In this document: positions 38,569 to 48,253 of the stretch, in pieces
Layout of the letters: the number at the start of each line of letters is the position of its first letter
How positions within the stretch are numbered: the first letter of the stretch is position 1
NCBI GenBank assembly: GCA_965243025.1
Contig: CBDETY010000003.1
Span: 2,752,001-2,816,000 of the forward strand
Direction of reading: 5' to 3'
DNA length: 64,000 nt
Origin: Candidatus Latescibacterota bacterium
GTDB lineage: Bacteria; Latescibacterota; UBA2968; UBA8231
Program-made: the position numbers and the translations under genes
The notes under the pieces: generated by a model
Databases searched by the model: none
What the model saw: only the letters and a program-made list of their open reading frames with translations
What the model was told of the DNA's origin: nothing

Positions 38569-39522
38569 GTGAAGATTCTCCTGCGCCAGTCCGATCTGTC
38601 TGACGAGTACCTGCGCTTCGCTGCCCAGATCGGCGCCGACGGCATCGACATCCACAACGCCGAGAGCGTCCCCGGCTGGATGGAGCAGGGGTACCCCGAT
38701 GCCGGTGAACTGCAAAGGATCAAGGAGCGGATCGAAGCAGCCGGCCTGCGGCTGTACCGGCTCGCCCCCCCGGACGACCCCTGCAAATTCATGCTCGGCC
38801 ACCCCGGCGGAGAGAAGGACATCGACGACCTGAAACGCTCCATCGAGATCATGGGCCGGCTCGGCATCCCCTTCCTGTCGACCCCCTTCCACTTCGACCA
38901 CCCGGGCCATCGCGGCGGCGTCCAGTTCGAGCACCGGGGCGGCTACAGAATGGGGGGGTTCAGCGCCGACAGGATGAACGCCAGTTTCGCCGCCGAGCCC
39001 TGGGACCCGCCGGTCTCCATAGAGGATCACTGGCAGCGGTCCCTCGAGATGCTGCGGGCCCTGGTCCCGGTCGCGGAGAACCACGACGTCAGGCTGATCA
39101 CCCACCCCGGGGATCCGCCGCTTTCGAACTGCTACGTCTCCCCCCAGCGCTGGACCGACATGATCGATCTCGTCCCCAGCTCCCACAACGGCCTGCTCTA
39201 CTGCATCGGCACCCGCTACGAGTCCGGGGTCGACATCCACGAGGACATCCGCCGCTACGGCCGCAAGGGCCAGATCTTCCACACCCACCTGCGCAACGTC
39301 CGCGGCCAGATCCCCACCCACGGCGGCTACCAGGAGGTGGCGATCGACGACGGGGACATGAACCTGCTCGCCGTGCTGCGCACCCTGCGGGAGGTCGGCT
39401 TCGACGGCGGCCTCCAGCTCGACCACATGCCCGGCTTCGACGGCGACGACCGGCACCGCAGGATCGCCTGGGCGCACGCGGTCGGGTACGTGCAGGCCCT
39501 GCTGGCGGCCATGGAGGAGTGA
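38569..39522 (+). CDS. Mannonate dehydratase (UxuA)-like protein, divergent paralog
   Basis: LVPVAENHDVRLITHPGDPP, GLLYCIG, HLRNVRG, DDGDMN, QLDHMP. Confidence 0.8.
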   Translation: MKILLRQSDLSDEYLRFAAQIGADGIDIHNAESVPGWMEQGYPDAGELQRIKERIEAAGLRLYRLAPPDDPCKFMLGHPGGEKDIDDLKRSIEIMGRLGIPFLSTPFHFDHPGHRGGVQFEHRGGYRMGGFSADRMNASFAAEPWDPPVSIEDHWQRSLEMLRALVPVAENHDVRLITHPGDPPLSNCYVSPQRWTDMIDLVPSSHNGLLYCIGTRYESGVDIHEDIRRYGRKGQIFHTHLRNVRGQIPTHGGYQEVAIDDGDMNLLAVLRTLREVGFDGGLQLDHMPGFDGDDRHRRIAWAHAVGYVQALLAAMEE

Positions 39523-40505
39523 TGAATATCCAGGACCAGCTCCCCCACCAGCACCTGAACGACGACAACCTCGCCTTCTTCAAGGCGATCGGCGTCGATT
39601 ACCTGACGATCAACCCGCTCCCCTTCGCCGCCGACGACAAGGGGGAGCTGTCGACGTACGACGAGATGGCCGGCTTCCTGAAGTCGGCGCGCGACCTGGC
39701 CGGGAGGAACGGCCTCGAGCTGATGAACGTCGCCCTCGAAGGGCCCGACGACATCACCCTCGCCCGCCCGGGACGGGACGCCAAGCTCGAGCAGTGGAAG
39801 GACGCCCTGCGGGCGATGGCGGCGGCCGGCGTCCCCACCCTGGGCTACAACTTCAAGCCGATCGGCAACTTCCGCACCACCTCCGCCGTCGGCCGCGGCG
39901 GCTCCCGCTACAGCACCTTCGACTACGAGGAGTGGCAGCGGACCGAGCCGGAGTGGGGGCCGCGGTTCCGCCACAAGCAGATCGACGAGGAGGGGATGTG
40001 GGAGAACATCGCCTGGTTCCTCGAGCGCATCCTCCCGGTCGCCGAGGAGTGCGGCGTGCGCATGGCCCTGCACCCGGACGACCCGCCGATCCCCGAGCCG
40101 ATGGGAGGGGCCGCCCGCATCGTCTCCACCCTCGAGCAGTACGAGCGCATCTTCGCGATGGCGCCCAGCGACAGCAACGCCATGCTCTTCTGCCAGGGGT
40201 GCGTCACCGAGATGGGGGTCGACGTGCTCGCCTCGATCCGCCGCATCGGCGCCCTCGGCAAGATCGCCTACGTCCACTTCCGCAACGTGCGCGGCTCGCG
40301 CCGTTACTTCGAGGAGGTCTTCGTAGACGAGGGGGACGTCGACATGTTCGCCGCCATGCAGACCTACAGGGATGCCGGTTTCGAAGGCCCCTTCATGATG
40401 GACCACACCCCCTCCATCCCCGGCGACCGCGGGGGCCGCGAAGGCCACGCCCTGGCCGCCGGCTTCATGCGCGCCATGATCCAGGCGGTGTACGGCCGCG
40501 GCTGA
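39522..40505 (+). CDS. uxuA: Mannonate dehydratase (UxuA) family protein
   Basis: GYNFKP, FLERILPVAEECGVRMALHPDDPP, LFCQG, VHFRNVRG, DEGDVDM, MDHTP. Confidence 0.85.
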   Translation: MNIQDQLPHQHLNDDNLAFFKAIGVDYLTINPLPFAADDKGELSTYDEMAGFLKSARDLAGRNGLELMNVALEGPDDITLARPGRDAKLEQWKDALRAMAAAGVPTLGYNFKPIGNFRTTSAVGRGGSRYSTFDYEEWQRTEPEWGPRFRHKQIDEEGMWENIAWFLERILPVAEECGVRMALHPDDPPIPEPMGGAARIVSTLEQYERIFAMAPSDSNAMLFCQGCVTEMGVDVLASIRRIGALGKIAYVHFRNVRGSRRYFEEVFVDEGDVDMFAAMQTYRDAGFEGPFMMDHTPSIPGDRGGREGHALAAGFMRAMIQAVYGRG

Positions 40506-40549
40506 AGCCCCCGCCGGCCCGCCTCCCAACCCACGACAGGAGGACCGTC

Positions 40550-40996
40550 ATGCCGCTGATCCTCTTGCTGCCGCTGCTGGCCCTGGCCGGCGGCTGCGCC
40601 GACCCCTGCGCCACCCCCGAGAACGAGAAGGTCCTCGCCGCGGCCGCCGCCGAGAAAGGGGCGGTGCGCACCGAGTCCGGGCTGGTGTTCAGGCAGATCA
40701 AGGCCGGCCTCGGCCCCAAACCCGAGCCCCGCCACCGCGTCAGGGTGCTCTACGAGGGGCGCCTTCCGGACGGCACCGTGTTCGACAGCTCCGAAAAGCA
40801 GGGACGCTCCGCGGAGTTCAAGCTGTCCGGGGTGATTCCCGGATGGGTCGAAGGACTGCAGATGCTGAGCGGGGGCGGCAAGGCCAAGCTCACCATCCCC
40901 CCGCATCTCGCCTACAAGAAGAAAGGCAAGCCCGGCAGGATCCCGCCCTGCTCGGTGCTGATCTTCGAGATCGAGCTGCTCGGCATATCGGACTGA
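40550..40996 (+). CDS. FKBP-type peptidyl-prolyl isomerase (lipoprotein)
   Basis: AGGAGG RBS; lipobox LAGGC; TESGL, YEGRLPDGTVFDSS, VIPGWVEGL, IPPHLAY, LIFEIELL. Confidence 0.93.
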   Translation: MPLILLLPLLALAGGCADPCATPENEKVLAAAAAEKGAVRTESGLVFRQIKAGLGPKPEPRHRVRVLYEGRLPDGTVFDSSEKQGRSAEFKLSGVIPGWVEGLQMLSGGGKAKLTIPPHLAYKKKGKPGRIPPCSVLIFEIELLGISD

Positions 40997-41025
40997 GGGA
41001 CCCCCTCCCCGAGGCTGCCGTCCGG

Positions 41026-42129
41026 CTATCCCTGCCGGCGCACCCGCGCCGGGGTGTGGTCCTGTCCGATCTCCGCCGAGAGGATGCCGAGCGAGCGGTC
41101 GGGAAGCGGCAGGTCGACCCGGGTAAAGCCGCGGCGGTGGGACTCGCGCAGGGCCACGGCGATCTCCAGGGCGTGGCGGGCGTCCGCCCCGGAGCAGCGC
41201 GGCTCGCCGCCGTTTTCCGCCGCGGTGAGGATGTCGTCGACGATGGTCAGCCCCATCCCCTGCATATGTGTCGGATAGGGGAAGGGCAGCCGCGCCGGCA
41301 TGGGGCGGCCCCGCGGACCTCCCTGCACCGACTTCCAGAGCTCGAACTGCAGGGCCTGCTCCAGCAGGCGCACCCGCCCCTCGGTTCCCAGCACGTCGAA
41401 CTCCCAGCCCGCCGCCGCCCCGGTAGGCGTCGCCCGCAGGTAGCCGCGGGCGCCGTTGTCGTAGGCGAAGTAGCCGTTCCCCTGGGGGTCCTCCTCGCCC
41501 TCGGCCGCCGCGTCCGACTCGAGCTCGCCGAAGAGCCAGCTGACCTTGCCGTCGAGGGCGAGGTAGCGCATCGCGTCGATGGCGTGGCTGCCGTTGTGCG
41601 ACAGCCCGCACTGGGCGTATGCCGTCACCTGCAGCAGCTCGCCGATGTCGCCGGCGGCGATCAGCTCGCGGGCGCTGGTGTAGTGGGGATTCCAGCGGCG
41701 GGCGCAGTTCACCGCCAGGGCGACCCCGTTGGCGGCGCAGACCTCGACCATGCGGTCCGCCTCTTCCAGGGTCAGGGCGATCGGTTTCTCCGCCCAGATC
41801 GCCCGGGCACCCGAACCCGCCACCTCCTCGACGATTTCGGCGCGCACGCGGGCGGTGGTGCAGACGCTGACGATCTCGGGCTGCTCCTTCTCGAGCAGCT
41901 CGCGGTAGTCGGCGTACACGCGGCCCTGCATTCCCCAGCGCTCCGCGTAGATCGCGCGCTGCCCCTCGTGGGGGTCGGCCCCGCCCACCAGCTCGGTCCG
42001 CGGCGAGGCGGCGAAGGCCGGGGTGTGGCAGTAGGGGAGGTAGATCGAACCGCCGCGCGTCATCTCGTCGTCGAAGGTGCTGCCCATGCGGCCGAGGCCG
42101 ATCACTGCGGCCCGGTACGGTCTGCTCAT
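41026..42129 (-). CDS. Gfo/Idh/MocA family oxidoreductase
   Basis: VIGLGRMG, WAEKPIA, HNGSHAID. Confidence 0.9.
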   Translation of the reverse strand: MSRPYRAAVIGLGRMGSTFDDEMTRGGSIYLPYCHTPAFAASPRTELVGGADPHEGQRAIYAERWGMQGRVYADYRELLEKEQPEIVSVCTTARVRAEIVEEVAGSGARAIWAEKPIALTLEEADRMVEVCAANGVALAVNCARRWNPHYTSARELIAAGDIGELLQVTAYAQCGLSHNGSHAIDAMRYLALDGKVSWLFGELESDAAAEGEEDPQGNGYFAYDNGARGYLRATPTGAAAGWEFDVLGTEGRVRLLEQALQFELWKSVQGGPRGRPMPARLPFPYPTHMQGMGLTIVDDILTAAENGGEPRCSGADARHALEIAVALRESHRRGFTRVDLPLPDRSLGILSAEIGQDHTPARVRRQG

Positions 42130-42215
42130 CTCTCGCCTGCCTGGTTTCGGGTTGTCGGGGTTGTGGTTTTTTGCGTCCGTCTACGGACTGTTTCGACGCA
42201 TCGGGAGCCACCAAT

Positions 42216-43718
42216 ATGACGACCGGAATTTCCTCCGACAAACGCCGGCAGCTGCTGCGGGACGGGTTCTGCCTGTTCGAGCAGATCCTCGACCCCAACC
42301 TGTTGAAGCAGACCCGGGAGATCTCCGACACCCTGCTCGACGGGCAGCCGCCGGAGCATTTCGAGCAGCAGAAATCGACCGGCAGCATGATCTCCGTGTT
42401 CGACGACCCCGGCTTCGCCGAGCTCGTGCGCTGCCCTGCCGCCGTCGACGCCCTGGCCAGCCTCGGCTTCCCGCGCCCGAAGTGGTGGTTGGGGTTCGTC
42501 ATCAGCAAGCCGCCGCACAGCCCGCCGCTGTTCTGGCACCAGGACTGGTGGGGCTGGAACCACCCGGTCAGCTACGGCGACCCGGTGCCGCAGCAGGTCT
42601 TCCTGATGTACTACACCGTCGATACGGCCCCCGGAAACGGCTGCCTGCGCCTGATTCCCGGATCGCACCTCGAGCGCCACCCCATGCACGACGCGGTCCC
42701 CGACGCCCATACGAACACCTTGCGCCAGATCGACGATCCCCGCAGCCCGGTCTACCGGAACGTGGAGGAAGCTGTCGACGTGCCGGTGCGGGCCGGCGAC
42801 CTCGTCATCGGGGACTCGCGCCTGCTGCACTCGGCGCACGCAAACGATTCGGAGGAACGCCGCACCGTCATCACCCTGTGGTACTTCCCCGCCTTCGAGC
42901 AGCTTCCCGAGCCCATCCGGGCCCATATCGTCACGGAGAGGAAGATCGACACCTGGCCGGAAGAGGCGCGCTCCCGCATCGCCCACCTCCTGCCGGAGTA
43001 CGACGGCGGCGCCGAACCGATCGCGTGGAACCGCATCCCCGGTCCCGCCCTGAGGCAGTTTCCAAGGCCATTCCGAACCGGAACAGACCGGCGACAGACA
43101 GGAAAACCCCGTCACGTGAAAAAGGTGATCCTCGTCGGCGACTCGATTCGCATGGGGTACGAACCGGTGGCCGTCCGCGAGCTGACAGGCTGGGCGGAGG
43201 TGATCGAAATGGGCCGAATCCAGGGGGGCAACACCCGCAACCTCCTCGCCCATCTCGACGAGTGGGTGATCTCCCGCGACCCGGACATCGTCCACCTGAA
43301 CGCCGGCCTCCACGACATGGCCCGGGACCCGGGACCGGGGCCCGAGAACCGCGTGCCGCTCGACGAGTACCGCGCCAACCTCGAGCGGATCCTGCAGACC
43401 CTGCAGCGGCAAACCAGGGCCGACCTCGTCCTGGCGCTCACCACCCCCGTCGATCTCGGGCGCCAGCTCGCGGTCGCCAAGGGGGTCAACAGAACCCCGG
43501 AAGAGGTCGCCGCCTACAACGCCGCCGCCCGGGAGGTCGCCGCCGGGCTCGGCGTCGCCGTCAACGACCTGCACGCAGCCGTGGTCGAGGCCGGCGCCGC
43601 GGAGCTGCTGGCCGAGGACGGCGTCCATTTCACCGCCGCCGGAGACGAGGTTCTCGGGCGCGCCGCCGCCGCCGCGGTGCGGGCGGCCGCGGATCAACCT
43701 TCAGGAGAAACCACATGA
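42216..43718 (+). CDS. Phytanoyl-CoA dioxygenase (PhyH)-family domain in frame with an SGNH/GDSL hydrolase (second domain starts at GTG 43116)
   Basis: WHQDW, NGCLRLIPGSH, AGDLVIGDSRLLHSA (PhyH); then GDSIRMGY, NAGLHD, DGVHF (SGNH). Confidence 0.85.
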   Translation: MTTGISSDKRRQLLRDGFCLFEQILDPNLLKQTREISDTLLDGQPPEHFEQQKSTGSMISVFDDPGFAELVRCPAAVDALASLGFPRPKWWLGFVISKPPHSPPLFWHQDWWGWNHPVSYGDPVPQQVFLMYYTVDTAPGNGCLRLIPGSHLERHPMHDAVPDAHTNTLRQIDDPRSPVYRNVEEAVDVPVRAGDLVIGDSRLLHSAHANDSEERRTVITLWYFPAFEQLPEPIRAHIVTERKIDTWPEEARSRIAHLLPEYDGGAEPIAWNRIPGPALRQFPRPFRTGTDRRQTGKPRHVKKVILVGDSIRMGYEPVAVRELTGWAEVIEMGRIQGGNTRNLLAHLDEWVISRDPDIVHLNAGLHDMARDPGPGPENRVPLDEYRANLERILQTLQRQTRADLVLALTTPVDLGRQLAVAKGVNRTPEEVAAYNAAAREVAAGLGVAVNDLHAAVVEAGAAELLAEDGVHFTAAGDEVLGRAAAAAVRAAADQPSGETT

Positions 43719-44626
43719 ACCCTCGCGTCCTCGCCGGTATCCGGCGCCTTCCCCTGCCCCTGCTTGCCGCCGCAGCCCTGTTCGCCGCACAGGCCGCCGC
43801 CCACTTCCCCGAAGACACGGTGCACCCGCTGTTCCAGTTCCCCAGGGACCGGGTGCCGGTGATGGACGGAGACCTCAGCGACTGGGACATGCTGCCGGCG
43901 GAGTACAACTTCGACCTCGTGAAATACTCCCAGCACAAGGAGCAGACCAGCACCGAACACAACCCCGCCGACCTCAACATCATTCGCGCCGCGGCGGCCT
44001 GGAACGACGAGCTCAACCGCCTCTACTTCATGGCCGAGGTCTACGACGACGTGGTCCGCTTTCACAAGGAGGACCCCGACTCCCTCGACCACCCGTTCAC
44101 GCGGCTGACCGGCTCCTACGTCCACGGCGCCGACATCTTCGAGATCGTCATCGACGCCGACCACGGCGCCGAAGACGTGGTCGGATACTCCGAGAATGAG
44201 GAGCGCGAACTGCGCTACCGCAGCGCCTTCACGCAGAACTACCACCTCTACATGCCGCCCCTGAACGGCTACTACTGGCACTGGTACTGGGGCAAGCCGC
44301 TGTGGACAAAGGACGAGGCCTGGTCCGCGGTCGGCTGGAGCTTCCCCGGGGAGCACGGATCCGCCGGCACCGTCACCTACGAGTGCTACCTCACCCCGTT
44401 CGACGACCTGCACCCGGACGGGCCGGAGGTCAGCGTCCTCCACGACCTTCAGGAGAACGCCGTCATCGGCCTCGCCTGGTCGTTCATCGACGCCGACTCC
44501 AGCGCCACCGCCTCGGACGCCTTCTGGAGCATGACCGGCGACGTCAACATGTACTGCATGGGGGATTTCCTCTCCGACTTCCGGCTCATGCCGGTCGACG
44601 CCTCGCTGTTCCCGGAAAAGCGATGA
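43715..44626 (+). CDS. Secreted hypothetical protein, CBM9/DOMON-like
   Basis: AGGAG RBS, signal peptide ending AAA; PVMDGDLSDW, AWNDELNRLYFMAEVYDD, IGLAWSFIDAD. Confidence 0.65.
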   Translation: MNPRVLAGIRRLPLPLLAAAALFAAQAAAHFPEDTVHPLFQFPRDRVPVMDGDLSDWDMLPAEYNFDLVKYSQHKEQTSTEHNPADLNIIRAAAAWNDELNRLYFMAEVYDDVVRFHKEDPDSLDHPFTRLTGSYVHGADIFEIVIDADHGAEDVVGYSENEERELRYRSAFTQNYHLYMPPLNGYYWHWYWGKPLWTKDEAWSAVGWSFPGEHGSAGTVTYECYLTPFDDLHPDGPEVSVLHDLQENAVIGLAWSFIDADSSATASDAFWSMTGDVNMYCMGDFLSDFRLMPVDASLFPEKR

Positions 44627-45696
44627 ACTCGATCCCGGAGCGCACCCGCCGCTTCCACCGCGACCACCCGATCGCCGACCTGCTCGCCCTCAACCTCGGC
44701 CATCCGCGTTTCACCGTGGCCGACATCGACCTCGGGAAAAGGGACCCGACCTCCCGCCGCGGCGACTTCCCCAAGTTCCGGGACTGGGGCCTGAAGGTGG
44801 TGATGTGCAAGGGCGGGGCCGCGGTGCCGGAGATGAACTTCGACGCCGCCTGGCCCCGGGATCCCACCTTTCGCCCGGGCCGCCCCGACAGCGAGCCGAT
44901 GTACCTGAGCATGGCCATAAACAGCCCGACCCTGCTCTGCCTGACGGTGCTCGACCGCTTCCTCTGCAACGTCGAGGAGAACCCGGACAAGGTGATCCTC
45001 GTGCGCACCGCCGCCGACCTCGACCGCGCCCTGGCCGACCCGGAGCGGATCGCCGTGCTCATGGGGGCCAACCGCAGCGACTGGTTCGGCGACAGCCCGG
45101 GGGCCCTGCGCCAGTTCGCGCGCCTCGGGCTTCGCATGATCACCATCGGCCAGGCGACCCGCGAGCTGGGCTGGGACGTCTCGGACGAGATGCGCTCCGG
45201 GGGGCGCATGACCTCCCTCGGGGTGCGCATGATCGAGGAGATGAACCGCTGCGGTATCCTCGTCGACCTGGCGCACACCAACGACCCCTGCGCCCTCGAC
45301 GCCATCGAGGTGTCGGAGAAGCCGGTGATCGACACCCACTCCGGCCCGCGCGCCCTCGAGGAGGACCCGAGCCCGCGCAGCACTCCCGACGAGGTAATGA
45401 AGGCCCTGGCGGCCAACGGCGGCATCCTCGGCATCACCCCGTCCATCGGGCGGCCCGAGGGCGACGCCCCGTACGAGTCGGTCGACGACGGCGAGATGGA
45501 AGCGACCCTGAAGCAGATCCGCTACGCCGTCGACCTGATGGGAGCCGGCGGCGTCGGCATCGGAACGCACTTCAATTCGGCGATCATTCCCTGGATCACC
45601 GAGGCGCTGCTCGAGGACGGATTTTCGGAGGAGGACACGGCAAAGATCATGGGGGGCAACTACCTCCGCGTGCTGCGCGAGGTGCTGCCGGCGTGA
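44623..45696 (+). CDS. Membrane dipeptidase (M19)-like amidohydrolase, degenerate metal site
   Basis: LGLRMITI, GVRMIEEMNRCGILVDLAH, PVIDTHSG, KIMGGNYLRVL. Confidence 0.8.
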   Translation: MNSIPERTRRFHRDHPIADLLALNLGHPRFTVADIDLGKRDPTSRRGDFPKFRDWGLKVVMCKGGAAVPEMNFDAAWPRDPTFRPGRPDSEPMYLSMAINSPTLLCLTVLDRFLCNVEENPDKVILVRTAADLDRALADPERIAVLMGANRSDWFGDSPGALRQFARLGLRMITIGQATRELGWDVSDEMRSGGRMTSLGVRMIEEMNRCGILVDLAHTNDPCALDAIEVSEKPVIDTHSGPRALEEDPSPRSTPDEVMKALAANGGILGITPSIGRPEGDAPYESVDDGEMEATLKQIRYAVDLMGAGGVGIGTHFNSAIIPWITEALLEDGFSEEDTAKIMGGNYLRVLREVLPA

Positions 45697-45841
45697 CCGG
45701 AATGGCGGGGGTTGCTGCGCCGAGGGCCGGGTGCGCGACCTCGAACCCTGCCCGGGACAGCCGCGGCTTCGACGCCGCTTCCTGTGGCTCCCGGTGCGTC
45801 ACCGGTCCAGGCCGGGACAAGCCGACACACGGGTGGATCAA

Positions 45842-46573
45842 GTGAAGAAAGACTGGCGCGCCGACGAGTTCCGGTGCCTGGTCGCCCTCGGAGAGAGCAC
45901 CACCGCGGGCGGCTGGAGCACCTCCCCGGAGCGCTGCTGGGTAGCGGTTCTCGGCGGCCTCATCAACGACTTTCAGGAGACGCCGGTGCGGGTGGTCAAC
46001 TCCGGGATCGGGGCAAACCTCATCTCCACCCGCAGCCCGTTCTACGACGTGAGCGGAAAGCCGGCCGCCTCGGAGCGCCTCGAAAAGCACGTCCTCGCCC
46101 ACGACCCCGACCTGCTGATCATCTCCTACGGCCTCAACGACGCCCGCGGCGGCACGCCGCTGCCGCAGTTCCGCGCCGACCTCGCCCTGCTGGTGCGGCG
46201 CGTGCGCGAGCGCACCGACCCGCTCATCCTGCTTCCCGGTCCCTACTTCATGACCGACTTCACGGTCGGCGGGGCGGCCTGGAGCCACGCGGATCTGCGG
46301 CTTTTCAAGAGCTTCAACGCCGCTACCGCGGAGGTCGCCGGGGAACTCGGCTGTCTCTACGCCGACCTTCTCGAAGCCAGCGGCGAAGCGCCCTGGACGG
46401 TCCATTACGACGGGGTTCACCAGAACGACCTCGGGCACCGGCTCGTCGCCAACCGCATCTTCGAGGTCCTGGCCCGGAACTGCTCCTGCCTGGCGAAGAA
46501 GACCCGGGAAGCCGAGCTGAACAGCCCGAGGTGGCGGGACGAGTCGACCCTGAAGTCGGACTACGGACACTGA
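45842..46573 (+). CDS. SGNH/GDSL hydrolase
   Basis: VALGESTT (GDS-like), NSGIGAN, YGLND, DGVHQNDLGH. Confidence 0.85.
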   Translation: MKKDWRADEFRCLVALGESTTAGGWSTSPERCWVAVLGGLINDFQETPVRVVNSGIGANLISTRSPFYDVSGKPAASERLEKHVLAHDPDLLIISYGLNDARGGTPLPQFRADLALLVRRVRERTDPLILLPGPYFMTDFTVGGAAWSHADLRLFKSFNAATAEVAGELGCLYADLLEASGEAPWTVHYDGVHQNDLGHRLVANRIFEVLARNCSCLAKKTREAELNSPRWRDESTLKSDYGH

Positions 46574-46579
46574 ACGGCC

Positions 46580-48088
46580 ATGTACCGAATACTCGCAGCC
46601 GAGTGCATGCAGGAGATCTCCTCGTTCAACCCGGTCGAGACCCGGTACGACGACTTCGACATCCGGCGGGGAGAGGAACTGTTCGCCCATCACCGCGGCA
46701 TCGAGTCCTACGTCAGCGGAGCCCTCGGGGTGTTCGAGGCGCGCACGGACGTCGAGCCGGTGCCGCTGTGGGGCGGAGACGCCTGCTCCTCCGGCCCCCT
46801 GGTGCAGGCGGACTTCGAGCGCCTCGCCGCGGAGCTCCTCGATGCGGTGGAGCGGGAGCACCGCCGGGGAGCCGACGGTTTCTACTTCACCCTGCACGGG
46901 GCCATGGGGGCCGCCGGAGAGCTCGACCCCGAGGGGTACCTGCTGCAGGAGGTGCGGCGGCTTGTCGGGCCCGACCTCCCCATCGTCATCTCCCTCGACC
47001 TGCACGGCATCCTCACGCGGCGGATGCTCGAGCACTGCGACGCCCTCACCCTGCTGCACACCTACCCGCACGTCGACTTCGCCGACACCGGCGCGCGCGC
47101 CGCCCGCCTGCTGCTGCGCATCCTCGACGAGGGCCTGCGCCCCGTCGTCGCCCGGGTCCCGGTTCCGGCGCTGGTCCGCGGCGACGAGCTGATCACGGAG
47201 ACAGGCATCTACGGAGATACCATCCGCCGGGCGCAGGAGCTGGAACGCTCCGACAAGGCGCTGGCCGCGGGCATGATGATCGGCAACCCCTTCACCGACG
47301 TTCCGGAGCTCTGCTCGCAGAGCGTCGTGGTCACCGACCGCGACCCGGAAGCAGCGGAACGGGAGGCGCTGGAGCTGGCGCGCGGCTTCTGGCCCGACCG
47401 GGCCCGCATGCAGGCCCCGCTCGTCAAGGTGGAAGAGGCGATCGCCCAGGCGCGCGGCCTCGAAGGAACGGCGATCTTCGCCGATGCCGCGGACGCCACC
47501 AGCTCCGGGGCCAGCGGCGACAGCAACTTCATCCTCGCGGCCCTGCTCGAGGCCGGGTACGAGGGAACCGTGCTGGCGCCGCTCGTCGATCCCCCGGCGG
47601 TCAGGCGCGCCTTCGAGACCGGGGTCGGCAACACCGGCCGCTTTTCGCTGGGGGGCGCCCTCGATCCCCGCTTCACCCCGCTGCCGCTCGAGGCCACCGT
47701 TACCATGCTGCGCACAGGCCCCTACCCTTTCGAGTCCTGGGGGACCCGGCAGGACGCTGGCGACACCGCCCTGCTCCAGGCCGGGCGCATGAGCATCGCG
47801 GTTACCTCGCTGCCGGTCTACCTCTTCGACCGCTCGCTCTTCCTCGCCCACGGCTGCGATCCGCGGGGGTTCGATCTCGTGGTGGTGAAGTCCCCCCACT
47901 GCCAGGAGCGTTTCTTCACCGCCTGGGCGGCGGCGAACTTCAACATCGACGCCCCCGGATCGACGAGCGCCAACCTTCCGAGCCTGGGGCACACCATCTG
48001 CAGGCGACCGGTTTATCCCCTCGACGACGGCGTCCGTTTCGAGCCACGGCCGGAGGTCTTCTCGCGCCGGGGCCGGGAACCCACATGA
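46580..48088 (+). CDS. M81 family metallopeptidase (MlrC-like)
   Basis: QEISSFNP, LHGAM, SLDLHG, TYPHVD, DATSSGASGD, VVVKS. Confidence 0.9.
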   Translation: MYRILAAECMQEISSFNPVETRYDDFDIRRGEELFAHHRGIESYVSGALGVFEARTDVEPVPLWGGDACSSGPLVQADFERLAAELLDAVEREHRRGADGFYFTLHGAMGAAGELDPEGYLLQEVRRLVGPDLPIVISLDLHGILTRRMLEHCDALTLLHTYPHVDFADTGARAARLLLRILDEGLRPVVARVPVPALVRGDELITETGIYGDTIRRAQELERSDKALAAGMMIGNPFTDVPELCSQSVVVTDRDPEAAEREALELARGFWPDRARMQAPLVKVEEAIAQARGLEGTAIFADAADATSSGASGDSNFILAALLEAGYEGTVLAPLVDPPAVRRAFETGVGNTGRFSLGGALDPRFTPLPLEATVTMLRTGPYPFESWGTRQDAGDTALLQAGRMSIAVTSLPVYLFDRSLFLAHGCDPRGFDLVVVKSPHCQERFFTAWAAANFNIDAPGSTSANLPSLGHTICRRPVYPLDDGVRFEPRPEVFSRRGREPT

Positions 48089-48253
48089 AGCTCACGTGTA
48101 CCGCAGATTACCGCGCCCCCAGGTTCCAGCAGGTGGCGGAGGTTTTCCCGCGCCCGGGCTCCGGAGCATGACGAAACTCGAGCTCGCCCCAGGCAACCAC
48201 GCTCCCGGATACGAGCCCGATGCCGGGCGCCCGGGAACGGAAAGCTGAGCCGC

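Noticed and set aside
46580-48088. Microcystin degradation (mlr) cluster
   Set aside because: Only an M81/MlrC-family gene is present; no mlrA, mlrB or mlrD, and the family is widespread.
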